The notes beneath the pieces are model-generated. The model did not search any database. It was not told the origin of the DNA and was given only the letters and a program-made list of their open reading frames with translations. This document shows, in pieces, positions 39,500 to 52,772 of a stretch of DNA of 64,000 nucleotides. Numbering within the stretch: the first letter of the stretch is position 1; each line of letters begins with the position of its first letter. Origin of the DNA: Eledone cirrhosa (taxonomy: Eukaryota); the NCBI GenBank assembly GCA_964016885.1, contig OZ024764.1, forward strand, positions 16,430,001 through 16,494,000. Reading direction: 5' to 3'. The position numbers and the translations under genes were made by a program.

Positions 39500-42320
39500 G
39501 TGTATATATATATACACAATACATATATACATCATATATACACAATACATATATACATCATATATACACAATATATATAATCATATATACACAATATATG
39601 TACAATATATATACACAATACATATATACATCATATATACACAATACATATATACATCATATATACACAATATATATAAACATCATATATACACAATATA
39701 TATATACATCATATATACATACTATATACACAATATATGTACAATATATATACATACTATATACACAATATATATACATACTATATACACAATATATGTA
39801 CAATATATATACATACTATATACACAATATATATACATACTATATACACAATATATGTACAATATATATACATACTATATACACAATATATATACATACT
39901 ATATACACAATATATGTACAATATATATACATACTATATACACAATATATATACATACTATATACACAATATATATACATACTATATACACAATATATAT
40001 ACATACTATATACACAATATATATACAATATATATACATACTATATACACAATATATATACAATACTATATACACAATATATGTACAATATATATACATA
40101 CTATATACACAATATATATATACATCCTATATACACAATATATATACATCCTATATACACAATATATATATATATACATACTATATACACATATATACAT
40201 ATAAGAAGTTGACAGGGGGGGGGCGGGGCGTATTTAACAATGTATGTGTATATATACCAATTAAATTGAAGGATTAGAAATAGGAGCTAGGGCCATCCAT
40301 CATCAGTGGTCTACTAGCCTTCATAGGTATTTCTTCACATATGGAACTGGGGTGTGTATGTGGGTGTTGGGGGAGGGGACTAGCTGCCTGCAGATATTCA
40401 TGTGAGCAGACTCCATATTTTCAAGGGCGGCTGTCCTCTAGATCACACCTTAGAGACCGAGTGTGTGTGTGTATGTGTGTGTGAGTGTATGTATGTATGT
40501 ATGGGTGTGTGTATATGTGAGAGTGTGTGTGTGTGTGTGAGTGTGTATGTATGTATGGGTGTGTGTATATGTGAGAGTGTATCTATGTATGTGTGTGTGT
40601 GAGTGTATGTATGTATGGGTGTGTGTATGTGAGAGGGTGTGTGAGTGTATGTATGTATGTATGGGTGTGTGTATATGTGAGAGAGTGTATGTGTGCGTGA
40701 GTGTATGTATGTATGGGTGTGTGTATATGTGAGAGAGTGTATGTGTGCGTGAGTGTATGTATGTATGGGTGTGTGTATATGTGAGAGTGTATCTATGTGT
40801 GTGAGTGTATGTATGTATGGGTGTGTGTATGTGTGCGTGAGTGTATGTATGTATGGGTGTGTGTATATGTGAGTGTATGTGTGCGTGAGTGTATGTATGT
40901 ATGGGTGTGTGTATATGTGAGTGTGTATCTATGTATCTGTGTGTGTGTATATGTGAGAGTGTGTATGTATGTGTATGAGTGTGTGAGTGTATGGGTGTGT
41001 GTATATGTGATAGTGTGTATCTATGTATGTGTGTGTGAGTGTATGTATGTATGGGTGTGTGTATATGTGAGAGTGTGTATCTATGTATGTGTGTGTGTGT
41101 ATGTATGTATGGGTGCGTGAGTGTATGTATGTATGGGTGTGTATATGTGAGAGTGTGTATCTATGTATGTGTGTGTGAGTGTATGTATGTATGGGTGCGT
41201 GAGTGTATGTATGTATGGGTGTGTGTATATGTGAGAGTGTGTATCTATGTATGTGTGTGTGTGAGTGTATGTATGTATGGGTGTGTATATGTGAGAGTGT
41301 GTATCTATGTATGTGTGTGTGTGAGTGTATGTATGTATGGGTGTGTATATGTGAGAGTGTGTATCTATGTATGTGTGTGTGAGTGTATGTATGTATGGGT
41401 GCGTGAGTGTATGTATGTATGGGTGTGTGTATATGTGAGAGTGTGTATCTATGTATGTGTGTGTGTGAGTGTATATATGTATGGGTGTGTATATGTGAGA
41501 GTGTGTATCTATGTATGTGTGTGTGTGAGTGTATGTATGTATGGGTGTGTGTATATGTGAGAGTGTGTATCTATGTATGTGTGTGAGTGTATGTATGTAT
41601 GGGTGTGTGTATATGTGAGAGTGTGTATGTATGTGTATGAGTGTGTGAGTGTATGTATGTATGGGTGTGTGTATATGTGAGAGTGTGTATCTATGTATGT
41701 GTGTGTGTGTGTGTTTATGTATGTATGTATATATGAGTATATAAGTATGTGTATTTGTGTGTGAGTGTGTATATATGTGTGTGTTTATGTATGTATATAT
41801 GAGTGTATTTGTGTGTGTGTATATATGTGTGGTGTGTGTGTTTATGTATATATATATGTGTGTGTGTGGTGTGTGTGTTTATGTATGAATATATGAGTAT
41901 ATAAGTATGTGTATTTGTGTGTGTGTGTTTATGTATGTATATATGAATGTATATGTATGTGTATTTGTATATATGTGTGTGTGGTGTGTGTGTGTATGTA
42001 TGTATATATGAGTGTATATGTATGTGTATTTGTATATATGTGTGTGTGGTGTGTGTGTGTATGTATATATGAGTGTATTTGTGTGTGTGTATATATGTGT
42101 GTGTGGTGTGTGTGTTTATGTATGTATATATGAGTGTATATGTATGTATTTGTATATATGTGTGTGTGGTGTGTGTGTTTATGTATGTATATATGTGTGT
42201 GTATGTATGTATATATGTGTGTGTGGTGTGTGTGTTTATGTATGTATATATGTGTGTGTATGTATGTATATATGTGTGTGTGGTGTGTGTGTTTATGTAT
42301 GTATATATGAGTGTATATCT
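39500..42320. repeat. (TA/CA)n and (TG/TA/GA)n compound microsatellites with a short unique island at about 40210-40460
   Basis: Direct sequence. Confidence 0.9.
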
Positions 42321-42397
42321 AATTGTATGTACAAAAACTCACTAAAAATAGTTGTGTACATTTAACCTGTTTACATATCAAATGTTGGTTGTTTGGC

Positions 42398-42433
42398 ACC
42401 ACTACCACTACTACTACTACCACTACTACTACT

Positions 42434-42468
<35 letters not shown>

Positions 42469-43420
42469 CACTACTACCACTACTACTACTACTACCGCTA
42501 CTACTACTACCACTACTACCACTACTACTACTACTACCGCTACTACTACTACCACCGCCACTACCATAACCACTACTACCACCACCACTACTACTACCAC
42601 CGCCACTACCATAACCACTACTACCACCACTACCACCACCACTACTACTACCACCGCCACTACTACCACCACCACTACTACCACCGCCACTACCACCACC
42701 ACCACTACTACCACCGCCACTACCACCACCACTACTACTACCACCGCCACTACCACCGCCACTACTACTACCACCGCCACTACCACCGCCACTACTACTA
42801 CCACCGCCACTACCACCACCACTACTACTACCACCGCCACTACCATAACCACTACTACCACCGCCACTACTACTACCACCGCCACTACCACCACCACTAC
42901 TACTACCACCGCCACTACCACCACCACTACTACTACCACCGCCACTACCATAACCACTACTACCACCGCCACTACTACCACCACTACTACCACCACTACC
43001 ACCACCGCCACTACTACCACCGCCACTACTACTACCACCGCCACTACTACTACCACCGCCACTACTACTACCACCGCCACTACCACCACCACTACTACTA
43101 CTACCACCACCACCACTACCACCGCCACTACCACCGCCACTACTACCACCGCCACTACCACCACTACTGTAACAACTGCAATATTGTTGCTTCCAAATAT
43201 TTGCTACCTTGAACTTGAGACTGTCAGCTGCGTTCTTTAAAACTTGAGTAGTTGATACTACTGCTGCTACTGCTGCTGCTACTGCTGCTACTGCTACTAC
43301 TGCTGCTGCTACTACTACTACTACTACCACTACTACTGCTACTGCTGCTACTACTACTACTACTACTACTACTGCTACTACCACTATTGCTGCTGCTGCT
43401 ACTACTACTACTACTACCAC
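42398..43420. repeat. (ACT/ACC/GCC)n and (CTA/CTG)n trinucleotide tracts
   Basis: Direct sequence; poly-T/H/V/G ORFs are artefacts. Confidence 0.95.
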
Positions 43421-43712
43421 CCACACACTCGTGACCACTTATAATGTATGCGTTGTTTTCATTTTCGCCTTCAAGAAATAGCAGTCTTAAAGTTTGTGGT
43501 GGTGGTGGTAGTAGTGATGGTGGTAGTGGTAGCAGTAGTGGTGGTAATGGTGGTGGTAACTACTGATGTTTTTTTTTTGGGGGGGGGGGCATGAAGCGGA
43601 ATGGTTATTTGTGCTGTGGTAGTTCTGTGGTAGTTCTGTAGTATAATTAAAACCCTTGTACAATTTACCACCTTTCCTTTGTTTATTTAGGCATATAATG
43701 TGTAGGGGTGAA

Positions 43713-43923
43713 GGTGTGTGGTGTATGGTTAGAGAACTGGATTTGCAATCGTGAGGTTGTCGGTTCGATTCCTGGACCGGGCAATGCGTTGTGTCCTTGA
43801 GCAAGACACTTTATTTCACGTTGTTCATTCTACCTGGTGTTGCGACCGATAGATAGTATTAACATCACGACCCATCTAACCCACGCAGGTGTGGAAAAAT
43901 GGCTATTAAACGATGATGATGAT
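43713..43923 (+). mobile_element. tRNA-derived CORE-like SINE with (GAT)n tail
   Basis: TGGTGTATGGTTAGAG A box, GGTTCGATTCC B box, GTGTCCTTGAGCAAGACACTT. Confidence 0.85.
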
Positions 43924-44297
43924 GTATAGTGGTTAGAACAGCTAATGAAAAAGTTTGTGTTAACCCTTTAGCATTTAAACTGGCTGTATCCAGCCAGAAT
44001 TCTCTCACCACTTTCTGTTCAAACTGGCTGTAACCAGCTACTCACACTGATGTTCTCAAAATAAATAATATCAAAATCTCGTAGATTTGATATTATGTGA
44101 GATAAAGCCTTTACCGATGATTCTGCCAATTCACTGCCTATGGACATAGAATTCTGACTCAAAATTTCTTATCCAACCTATAAACTTATACCAGAAAGAA
44201 GTTTAAAGTCTTCCTCAATCCTGGATACTCATTAGGCCAGTATTTACTTCTGCTACCTCAATGTTAAGTGACTGGGATTACAAGACTTTCCCCTTAA

Positions 44298-45608
44298 CCC
44301 TTTCGCATTGTGGTGCAAGAGTACGACGTCCCCCTGGGTTGGACTACCACATATAAATAGTAGTGGCCTGAGTAAGCGGGCAAGTTGGCACTGGTTCCAC
44401 ACTTTGTGTGTTGATAGTCAAAGTTGGTACTAGTTCCACACTAGGTGTGTTGATAGTCAAAGTTGGCACTGGTTCCACACTTGGTGTGTTGATAGTCAAA
44501 GTTGGTACTAGTTCCACAGTTTGGGTGTTGATAGTCAAAGTTGGTACTAGTTCCACAGTTTGGGTGTTGATAGTCAAAGTTGGTACTAGTTCCACAGTTT
44601 GTGCGTTGATAGTCAAAGTTGGTACTAGTTCCACAGTTTGGGTGTTGATAGTCAAAGTTGGTACTAGTTCCACAGTTTGTGCGTTGATAGTCAAAGTTGG
44701 TACTAGTTCCACAGTAGGTGTGTTGATAGTCAAAGTTGGTACTAGTTCCACAGTTTGTGTGTTGATAGTCAAAGTTGGTACTAGTTCCACAGTTGGTGTG
44801 TTGATAGTCAAAGTTGGTACTAGTTCCACACTTGGTGTGTTGATAGTCAAAGTTGGTACTAGTTCCACAGTTTGGGTGTTGATAGTCAAAGTTGGTACTA
44901 GTTCCACAGTTGGTGTGTTGATAGTCAAAGTTGGTACTAGTTCCACAGTAGGTGTGTTGATAGTCAAAGTTGGTACTAGTTCCACAGTTTGTGTGTTGAT
45001 AGTCAAAGTTGGTACTAGTTCCACACTTGGTGTGTTGATAGTCAAAGTTGGTACTAGTTCCACAGTAGGTGTGTTGATAGTCAAAGTTGGTACTAGTTCC
45101 ACACTTGGTGTGTTGATAGTCAAAGTTGGTACTAGTTCCACAGTAGGTGTGTTGATAGTCAAAGTTGGTACTAGTTCCACACTAGGTGTGTTGATAGTCA
45201 AAGTTGGTACTAGTTCCACAGTTTGTGTGTTGATAGTCAAAGTTGGTACTAGTTCCACAGTAGGTGTGTTGATAGTCAAAGTTGGTACTAGTTCCACAGT
45301 TTGTGCGGTGATAGTCAAAGTTGGTACTAGTTCCACAGTTTGTGTGTTGATAATCAAAGTTGGTACTAGTTCCACACTTGGTGTGTTGATAGTCAAAGTT
45401 GGTACTAGTTCCACAGTTTGTGCGTTGATAGTCAAAGTTGGTACTAGTTCCACAGTTGGTGCGTTGATAGTCAAAGTTGGTACTAGTTCCACAGTTGGTG
45501 TGTTGATAGTCAAAGTTGGTACTAGTTCCACAGTTGGTGTGTTGATAGTCAAAGTTGGTACTAGTTCCACAGTTTGGGTGTTGATAGTCAAAGTTGGAGG
45601 CTAAAGGG
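44298..45608. mobile_element. piggyBac-like non-autonomous element whose interior is a 39-bp array
   Basis: TTAA at 44294-44297 and 45609-45612; termini CCCTTTCGC / GCTAAAGGG. Confidence 0.7.
44381..45597. repeat. 39-bp minisatellite, about 31 copies
   Basis: Unit GTTGATAGTCAAAGTTGGTACTAGTTCCACAGTTTGTGT. Confidence 0.97.
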
Positions 45609-46822
45609 TTAAAAGATTGCTGTTCCCTTACATGTGGTTATTGCCGTTTATTTCGATTATATTGTTATTACACTGCTGCAGTGTATTTGTTTATCCATAA
45701 GGACATCACAGCATTCACATTACTCTATATTTACTATTGTATTTTCACAGAAAAAGGCTTTATCTCACATAATTGTCTCACATAATATAAAATCTACGAG
45801 ATATTGAGAACGATATGAACAGCCGGTTACGACCGGTTTGAATAGAAAGAGGTGAGAGAATTCTGGCCGGTTTAAATGCTAACGGGTTAACTAGACACAT
45901 GTCCATTGTCGGGCTAAAGTATGTCGCAAGCCTAGAGGCTCATTTGTCCAGTCCTTATCTTGGTTTCCTTTGTGTTAAACACCTGAGAGTACAAGACTGC
46001 TCCTGGGACAGGGTGCTTCTCCATATCTGGGATACCAACCCCCCAACTATAGCTGGTATTCATTTTCAGTTGAGAGTATTGGAGCAATATGAAATCAAGT
46101 GTTTTCTTCGAGAACACAACACAATGCACAACCTGATCTAGGAATGAATCTCATGACATTAGGATCATGTCAAACACTCAAACCACTAAGCCAAGCTCCT
46201 TTACTCTTTTACTCTGGTAAAGCAGACATGCAATTATGATGGTTTATTGTGCATTTGGTAAGCAGTAATGTCGTTAGATTCCAATTGGTTAATTGCAAAG
46301 TTTTAAATGTTTTTTGTTGGCTCCAGAACATTCTGAGAATTTAGGTTAGATATCAAATATACATATTTTTCACACATTCTCTATTTAGTTACTATTTTTT
46401 TTTTACACATCTTGTTTGAATTTGGTGAAGTTGAGTTGTTGTTAGTGGTGGTGGTGGTGGTGAGGTTTGTGGGTTGGTGCTTTTGTTGGTGAGGTTGTTT
46501 GTGATGGTTGTTGTTAGTGGTGGTGGTGGTGAGGTTTGTGGGTTGGTGCTTTTGTTGGTGAGGTTGTTTGTGATGGTTGTTGTTGTTAGTGGTGGTGGTG
46601 TTGGTGGTGGTGCTGCTGCTGATGGTTGTTTTTGTTATGTTGATCATAATATTCTTGATGTTGGGGGTGGTGGTGGTGATGTTGATGATACAAGTGTTGT
46701 TGTTAATTTCAGTATTCATTCTAAAGTATATCAGATATATTTGAACATTGATGATGATGATGATTGCATGGATGGAGACACTGCTGGGTTGATCTTCCCC
46801 TTAGAAATAGCCAAATCTCCTT

Positions 46823-47150
46823 TAACCCTTTAACATCTAAACCTGTCATATCTGGCCAGAATTCTCTCACCTCTTTCTGTTCAAACCAGCTGTAATCGGC
46901 CACTCATACTGATGTTAATGTATTGTTCTCAAAATACATAATTGTTTCTACTATTGGCACAAGGCCAGCAATTATCCCAGTGCATTACTGGTACTTTATT
47001 TCATCGACCCCCGTAAGGATGAAAGGCAAAGTTAAACTCGGCGGGATTTGAACTCGGACCATAAAGGGGCCTGATACTGCCCATCCACCGCCCTCAAAAT
47101 AAATAATATCAAAATCTCATAGATTTGACATTCTGTGAGCTAAAGCCTTC
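46823..47150 (+). mobile_element. piggyBac-like MITE with a nested SINE
   Basis: TTAACCCTTTAACATCTAAAC start; SINE (minus) at about 46938-47095 flanked by duplicated CTCAAAATA. Confidence 0.7.
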
Positions 47151-47334
47151 CTCTCTCTCTCACACACGTTTTATCTCTCTCTCTCTCTCACTTTATATCT
47201 CTATCTCTCTGACCATGAAGAGATGAAGTTAACTATGCTAGGATTTGAACTCGGAACACATGGCAGAAACAAATACAACAAGGCATTTAATTTGTCACTC
47301 AAATGACTGTCATTTCGTCACTTCATGTCTACTA

Positions 47335-47660
47335 TGTCGAATGGATGTGTAATGATGATATGTGTGAACGACAAAGCATAGATGAGCTGAGAGAAAAGCT
47401 AGGTATACGAGGAATCAGATGTAGTGTACAGGAGAGAAGACTGCTCTGGTATGGACATGTGGTGTATATAGAAGATGATAGTTGGGTGAAGAAGTGCCAA
47501 GGAATCCCTGTGTAAGGAAGCTGCAGTAGAGGAAGACCTAGGCTGAGAGAAAAGCTAGGTATACGAGGAATCAGATGTAGTGTACAGGAGAGAAGACTGC
47601 TCTGGTATGGACATGTGGTGTATATAGAAGATGATAGTTGGGTGAAGAAGTGCCAAGGAT
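47335..47660 (+). mobile_element. RTE fragment with an internal direct duplication
   Basis: WMC..RQSIDELREKLGIRGIRCSVQERRLLWYGHV; segment from about 47386 is repeated at about 47542. Confidence 0.85.
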
Positions 47661-47989
47661 GCTGGAGATCTTAAAGTCTGTCACAGTGTAGATGTTAACC
47701 ACACAGTCATACTGAGTCTCAAACTCAATAATTAGCATGATTTATCTACTCACAATACATAGAATTAATTTAAATATTTAATCAGATTGAATGACAAGAG
47801 GTACAACATTATCCCTGATTACGAGCTGTATTGAAAGATATGTCCTCACTACATCAATAAGGATTTGTCGCTATTTATAGATGAAGACACTTTAAATTGT
47901 TTTGATAAAATCTGCTTGTATGTTATAATTACTAATGCACGACATGGTGTCATGTATGTATATGTGTATATATGTATATGTGTATATAT

Positions 47990-48220
47990 ATTACGCTGTA
48001 ATGTGGCCGTGTAGGTAACATGGTAAAAAGTTCCCAGTTCCACACTGTAAACGTGGTTGGTGTTAGGAAGGGCATCCAGCCGTAGAAAACCTGCCAGACA
48101 GTCCTATACGAGCGAGACACGGTCACCCGACCAATCTTGCCTCAAGTGGGACAACTCCCGTCTAACCCATGCAAGCATGGAAAATGGACGTTAAACGAAG
48201 ATGATGATGATGGTGATGAT
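47990..48220 (+). mobile_element. RTE 3'-UTR-type element with (GAT)n tail
   Basis: GGTTGGTGTTAGGAAGGGCATCCAGC..ACCCATGCAAGCATGG..GGACGTTAAAC(GAT)n. Confidence 0.8.
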
Positions 48221-48648
48221 ATATATTTGAACAGAAAGAGGAGAGAGACTTCTGGCCAGATGTGACCAGTTTAAATGCTAAAGGGTTAAGTTTCCATATG
48301 TCACCCATGTTGTCTTACATACATCTCTTCCAGAGGATGGAGGTATACTCCCCCCCCCCCTCTATCTTCTGATTTCCTGGGGCGGACTATCAATACCGCC
48401 TGTAATCCATTTGAAATCGCATGGTGTCCATTCCGGTTTGGCAGGTGATGGGGGGTAAAGATGTCTCTCGGTATCGCATGTAGCATTTTGTTCCAATTAC
48501 TAACATGTTATTTTCACTGTGATAATCTTCCTTGGCTCTTTTGCTTTCTCTTTCTCTCTTTCACACTCTCCTTCTTTCTCTCTTCTCTCTCTCTAGCTTT
48601 CTCTCTTTTTGTCTCTCTCCTTTCTTCTCTCCCTCTCCTTTCCTCTCT

Positions 48649-48692
<44 letters not shown>

Positions 48693-48811
48693 TTATCCAT
48701 TACTTCTATCCCATAATTCTCACTCCAATATCTCCCTTTACTTCCGCTGGCCTCCCACATTTCGTCTGTTCTTTGTATGCCATTTGGGCAACATATTCCG
48801 TTATCCTACCC

Positions 48812-49708
48812 CAGAGGTTCTCAAAGTGCCCCCTCCCCCCATTCCGGGGAGTGTTGAGAAGGTCCAGAGGGCGCTGGGGGAGGGCAGTAGAGATGATATA
48901 ATAGTATATCAAAACATCGAAAAAAAAAAAAAAAACCAACTCCCAGCCCACACTGTAAAGTGGGTGTGTAAAAGACACGGCAAAAAGCACCAAGTCCACA
49001 CTGTACATGTGGTTGGCATTAGGTAGGGCATCCAGCTGTAGAAAACCAGCCAGCAACTCTCCTATCTGAGCGAGACACAGTCACCCAACCCTACTTGCCT
49101 CTAGATGGGACAAACCCATCTAACCCATGCTAGTATGGAAGATAGACGTTAATCGATGATGATGATGAAATGATACATATATATGAATATAGTAAAATAT
49201 GGCTTAGTGGTTAGAGTATTGGCCTTGCAATCGAAAGGTTGTGAGTTCAATTCTCGGACCGGGTGATGTATTGTTTCCTTGAGCAAGACACTTTATTTCA
49301 CATTGCTCCAGTTTACTCAGCTGTAGAAATGAGATGATAGGGACTGGGGTCCCTATCATTCCACTACAAAGTGGTCGTGGAGGTGCCACGGCAAAAAAGC
49401 ACCCAGCACTCACTGTAAATGAGGTTGGTGTTAGGAAGGGCATCCAGCTGTAGAAATCAAGCCAGAACCAGTTCCCGTCCCACCCTTGCAAGCAGGGAAA
49501 AGCAGACATAAAAAAAAATAAATAAATAAATATAGAAGAAAAATAGTAAATATTATATTATTTATTATATATATATTAACGATTTAATTTATTATATATT
49601 ATTTACAATTTACATGTAGGCAGGTCTCTCTGGAAATAGGGGTGGGCGGCGCTGAGGGTATTATGTGGCTGTGAGGTGGGCGGTGGCCCAAAACATTGAG
49701 AACCTTTG
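48812..49708. mobile_element. hAT-type MITE with two nested retroposons (about 48935-49170 and 49199-49510)
   Basis: TIR CAGAGGTTCTCAA / TTGAGAACCTTTG; TSD TCCTACCC / CCCTACCC (7 of 8). Confidence 0.75.
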
Positions 49709-49870
49709 CCCTACCCTTTCCCACCCTGCATGTGTACTTGTTTTCAGACGAAAGTCTTCAATATTTCTTCCTAGCGTTACTGTCCTGGGTTCGTTCCTGT
49801 TCCTGTCTCCATTGTAAGGCCCTTTTTCTAGTTTTCATTTTAATGTTTATTTTATTTTGTTACCTTACTC

Positions 49871-50322
49871 TATTATTATATTTGGGGAGGGTCATATTGT
49901 TATAATATTGCCAGAAATATATAATAAAACACACTCACTGTTTGGTTTGGGTTGGTTTTTGCTTCAGTATATTTTATATTTCTATGATTAATTCAGCTGG
50001 TAATCAATGTTTTACCATAGATTGACCAGCAGTTAAATATATATAAATATATATATATATATAGCCTCTCAGAATTCTTTTGTCACACACCTGTGACATC
50101 ATCAGCGATACTATTGTTTCCTCCCGATCTATTGCAAATTTATATTTATATTTTTAACTGTTGGTCAATCACTGATCAATAATGATTGCCAGCTAAATTA
50201 ATTATAGAAATATAAAATATACTGAAGCGAAAACCAACCCAAACCAAACAGTGAGTGAGTGTGTTTTATTATATATTTCTGGCAATATTATAACAACATG
50301 ACCCTCCCCAAATATAACAATA
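49871..50322. repeat. ~180-bp inverted repeat with ~90-bp spacer
   Basis: TATATTTGGGGAGGGTCAT..GTTAAATAT versus ..ATGACCCTCCCCAAATATA. Confidence 0.9.
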
Positions 50323-50918
50323 TTTGTTTCAACACACGATTTCATATAAAAAAACCTTGCAAAACAAATTCATCGCCGTCTTACTGTATTATTTTTGTTT
50401 AAAATCTGTTGTCTATCGAGAGACATTCTGTTCATTTACCAAAGTATTCTGTTCTTGTGTTAAGTTTCCATATGTCACCCATGTTGAGTATTGTCTTACA
50501 TCTCTTCCACAGGATGGAAGTATTACTTTCTCCCCCAACAGATATCGATAGAAATAAAATCATCTCGATTTAGTTGTACCATAAAAGCTCCATGGAAATT
50601 AAATGCGAAAATATGTTCCAGAGTATACATGTAAAATTTAATTATGGAAATAATGATTATATTTTCTAATACATATAACTAGACAGGAAAGTAGTCAAGA
50701 CGGAAAATTTTCATTTGCATTAAAATTCGATTTTTGCCTATACCACGGTTTCAAACCAAGAGAGAAATTATATTAATTACCATAATTAAAATAAACCAGA
50801 TGGTTACAGATCATCTGTAGGCATGTTTTTTAGTGCTACAAAATAAATACTATCCATTCAATTGAAAAATGAACTCAGTTGTCTTGCGAAGTTTAGTTAG
50901 TGATGTCATACACACACA

Positions 50919-51260
50919 TACAAGGGGGCTTCAAAAAGTCCGTGGAAAAAGGAGTTGGATTAAGATTTAAGTTATGATGTTTATTTTTCAACGTATACTC
51001 CATCTAGGTCAGTACCCTACTGCAAGTGTTGATACCAGACTTTAAGTCCATCTGTGTAAAACTGGGGGCCATGTGATTTAAACCATGTCAAAGCAGCTTT
51101 TTTTACATCTTAAACTGGAGATCATCTTCAGCCTCATCTCTTCCACTTCTAAAACAGCTTATCCATTTGTAGGGTGTTGATTTCTTTGGGGCATTGTCCC
51201 CATAAACTTGCTCCAGAGTGTCAATGATTTGGCTGCTCTTCCACCCTAGCTTCACCCTGG
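50919..51260. mobile_element. Degenerate Tc1/mariner-like fragment
   Basis: TA-CAAGGGGGCTTCAAAAAGT resembles mariner TIR starts; no intact ORF. Confidence 0.45.
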
Positions 51261-51613
51261 AGGAGGTGCTGATTTCCGACTGGCACCGGGTTCATGTTAG
51301 AAGATGTTATGACTCGCTCATATATTCACACAGCTTATGCTGAAAGAATAACTATGTTGCTTGTGTTTATTTCCATCTTTGGTTAGCTTCAACCTGTGTT
51401 GTTTACTTGTCTCACTCACTTTACGCGTTTCTATTGTCCTAATAACTTATTTTAGTTATTATCGCTCCAACGTGAGGTATATGATTTTTAATGCGATGAA
51501 ATACCCATGATCGTTTGGTAAATCACTGATGAGGGACTCATTTTATAACATGTTATCCATGTGCAACCAGCAGTATTCTTCTCACCCATATTTTCATATA
51601 TATATATATATAT

Positions 51614-52110
51614 AGTAAAACCTACTACAGTCAGTAGGCATCTCTAACAAAATACACCCCCGTCCCACCACCCCCACCCCATCCACACCGCCCCCTTCTA
51701 TGTAAAGTTATGTTGGTGCCACAACATCCAGTCCTAAATAAATGAGATCATGTAGGTGTCACGACAAAAAAACACACAGTCCACGCTGTAATGTGGCCGT
51801 GTAGGCAACAAGGTAAAAACCTCCCAGCCCCACACTGTAAATGTGGTTGGTGTTAGGAAGGGCATCCAGCTGTAGAAAACCCGCCAGACAGTCCACGCTG
51901 TAATGTGGCCGTGTAGGCAACACGGTAAAAACCTCCCAGCCCCACACTGTAAATGTGGTTGGTGTTAGGAAGGGCATCCAACTGTAGAAAACCCGCCAGA
52001 CAGTCCTATGCGAGCAAGATAATCACTCTTGACTCAAGTGGGAAACCCCCGTCCAAACCCATGCAAGCGTGGAACACGGATGTGAAACGTTGATGATGAT
52101 GATTGATGAT
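51614..52110 (+). mobile_element. RTE 3'-UTR-only element with an internal duplication
   Basis: Reverse complement of 37920-38392, including the same internal duplication. Confidence 0.85.
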
Positions 52111-52458
52111 ATATATACAATATTATTAAGACTAAAAAATGAGTTTTGTTACTCTGGGGTTTGGCCTGTTTATCCCAGGGTCATCAGTGAAACTCCAGAG
52201 TAACAAAACTCACTTTTTAGCCTTCATAATATTGCGTAGTCCTTTCGCTCAGTCATCAACTATATACGTATATATATGTATATGTATGTATGTGTGTATA
52301 TATGTGTGTGTGTGTGTATGTGTATGTATGTATATATATATATAGAAGTATTAACACAACAGTTAGTTCACCATACCGAGAACAATTGTTTCACCTTACG
52401 TGTTAATACTTCTACCATGGACTGAGTGCTCTACCACTACGGATATTACCTTCCAGTG

Positions 52459-52503
<45 letters not shown>

Positions 52504-52507
<4 letters not shown>

Positions 52508-52640
52508 AGTAAGTAAGACCCCGACGGCTGAGCTCAAGCCGTTTCGACGGCTGAGCTCAAGCCGTTTCGACGGCTAATTCAGTACAGAATTAGCCGTCGA
52601 AACGGCTTGAGCTCAGCCGTCGGGGTCTTACTTACTCCTA
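52504..52640. repeat. Fold-back palindrome containing a hammerhead 3' half
   Basis: TAGGAGTAAGTAAGACCCCGACGGCT...AGCCGTCGGGGTCTTACTTACTCCTA. Confidence 0.8.
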
Positions 52641-52717
52641 TTACCCACTCTACTACCCTAAGTATTGAGTACTTTGGTGCGTTATGGTCCACCTGGTTCC
52701 TTACCACTTTTCCCTCG

Positions 52718-52772
<55 letters not shown>

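Noticed and set aside
43713-43785. Possible tRNA gene (also 49199-49262)
   Set aside because: It continues into a SINE body and tail and the acceptor stem is poor, so it is a SINE head
44344-45604. Mucin- or adhesin-like TINTPTVELVPTL repeat protein
   Set aside because: The array lies between piggyBac-like termini, is open on both strands and has no clear splice or start context
51525-51590. CTGATGAG hammerhead candidate
   Set aside because: No GAAA or convincing stems downstream
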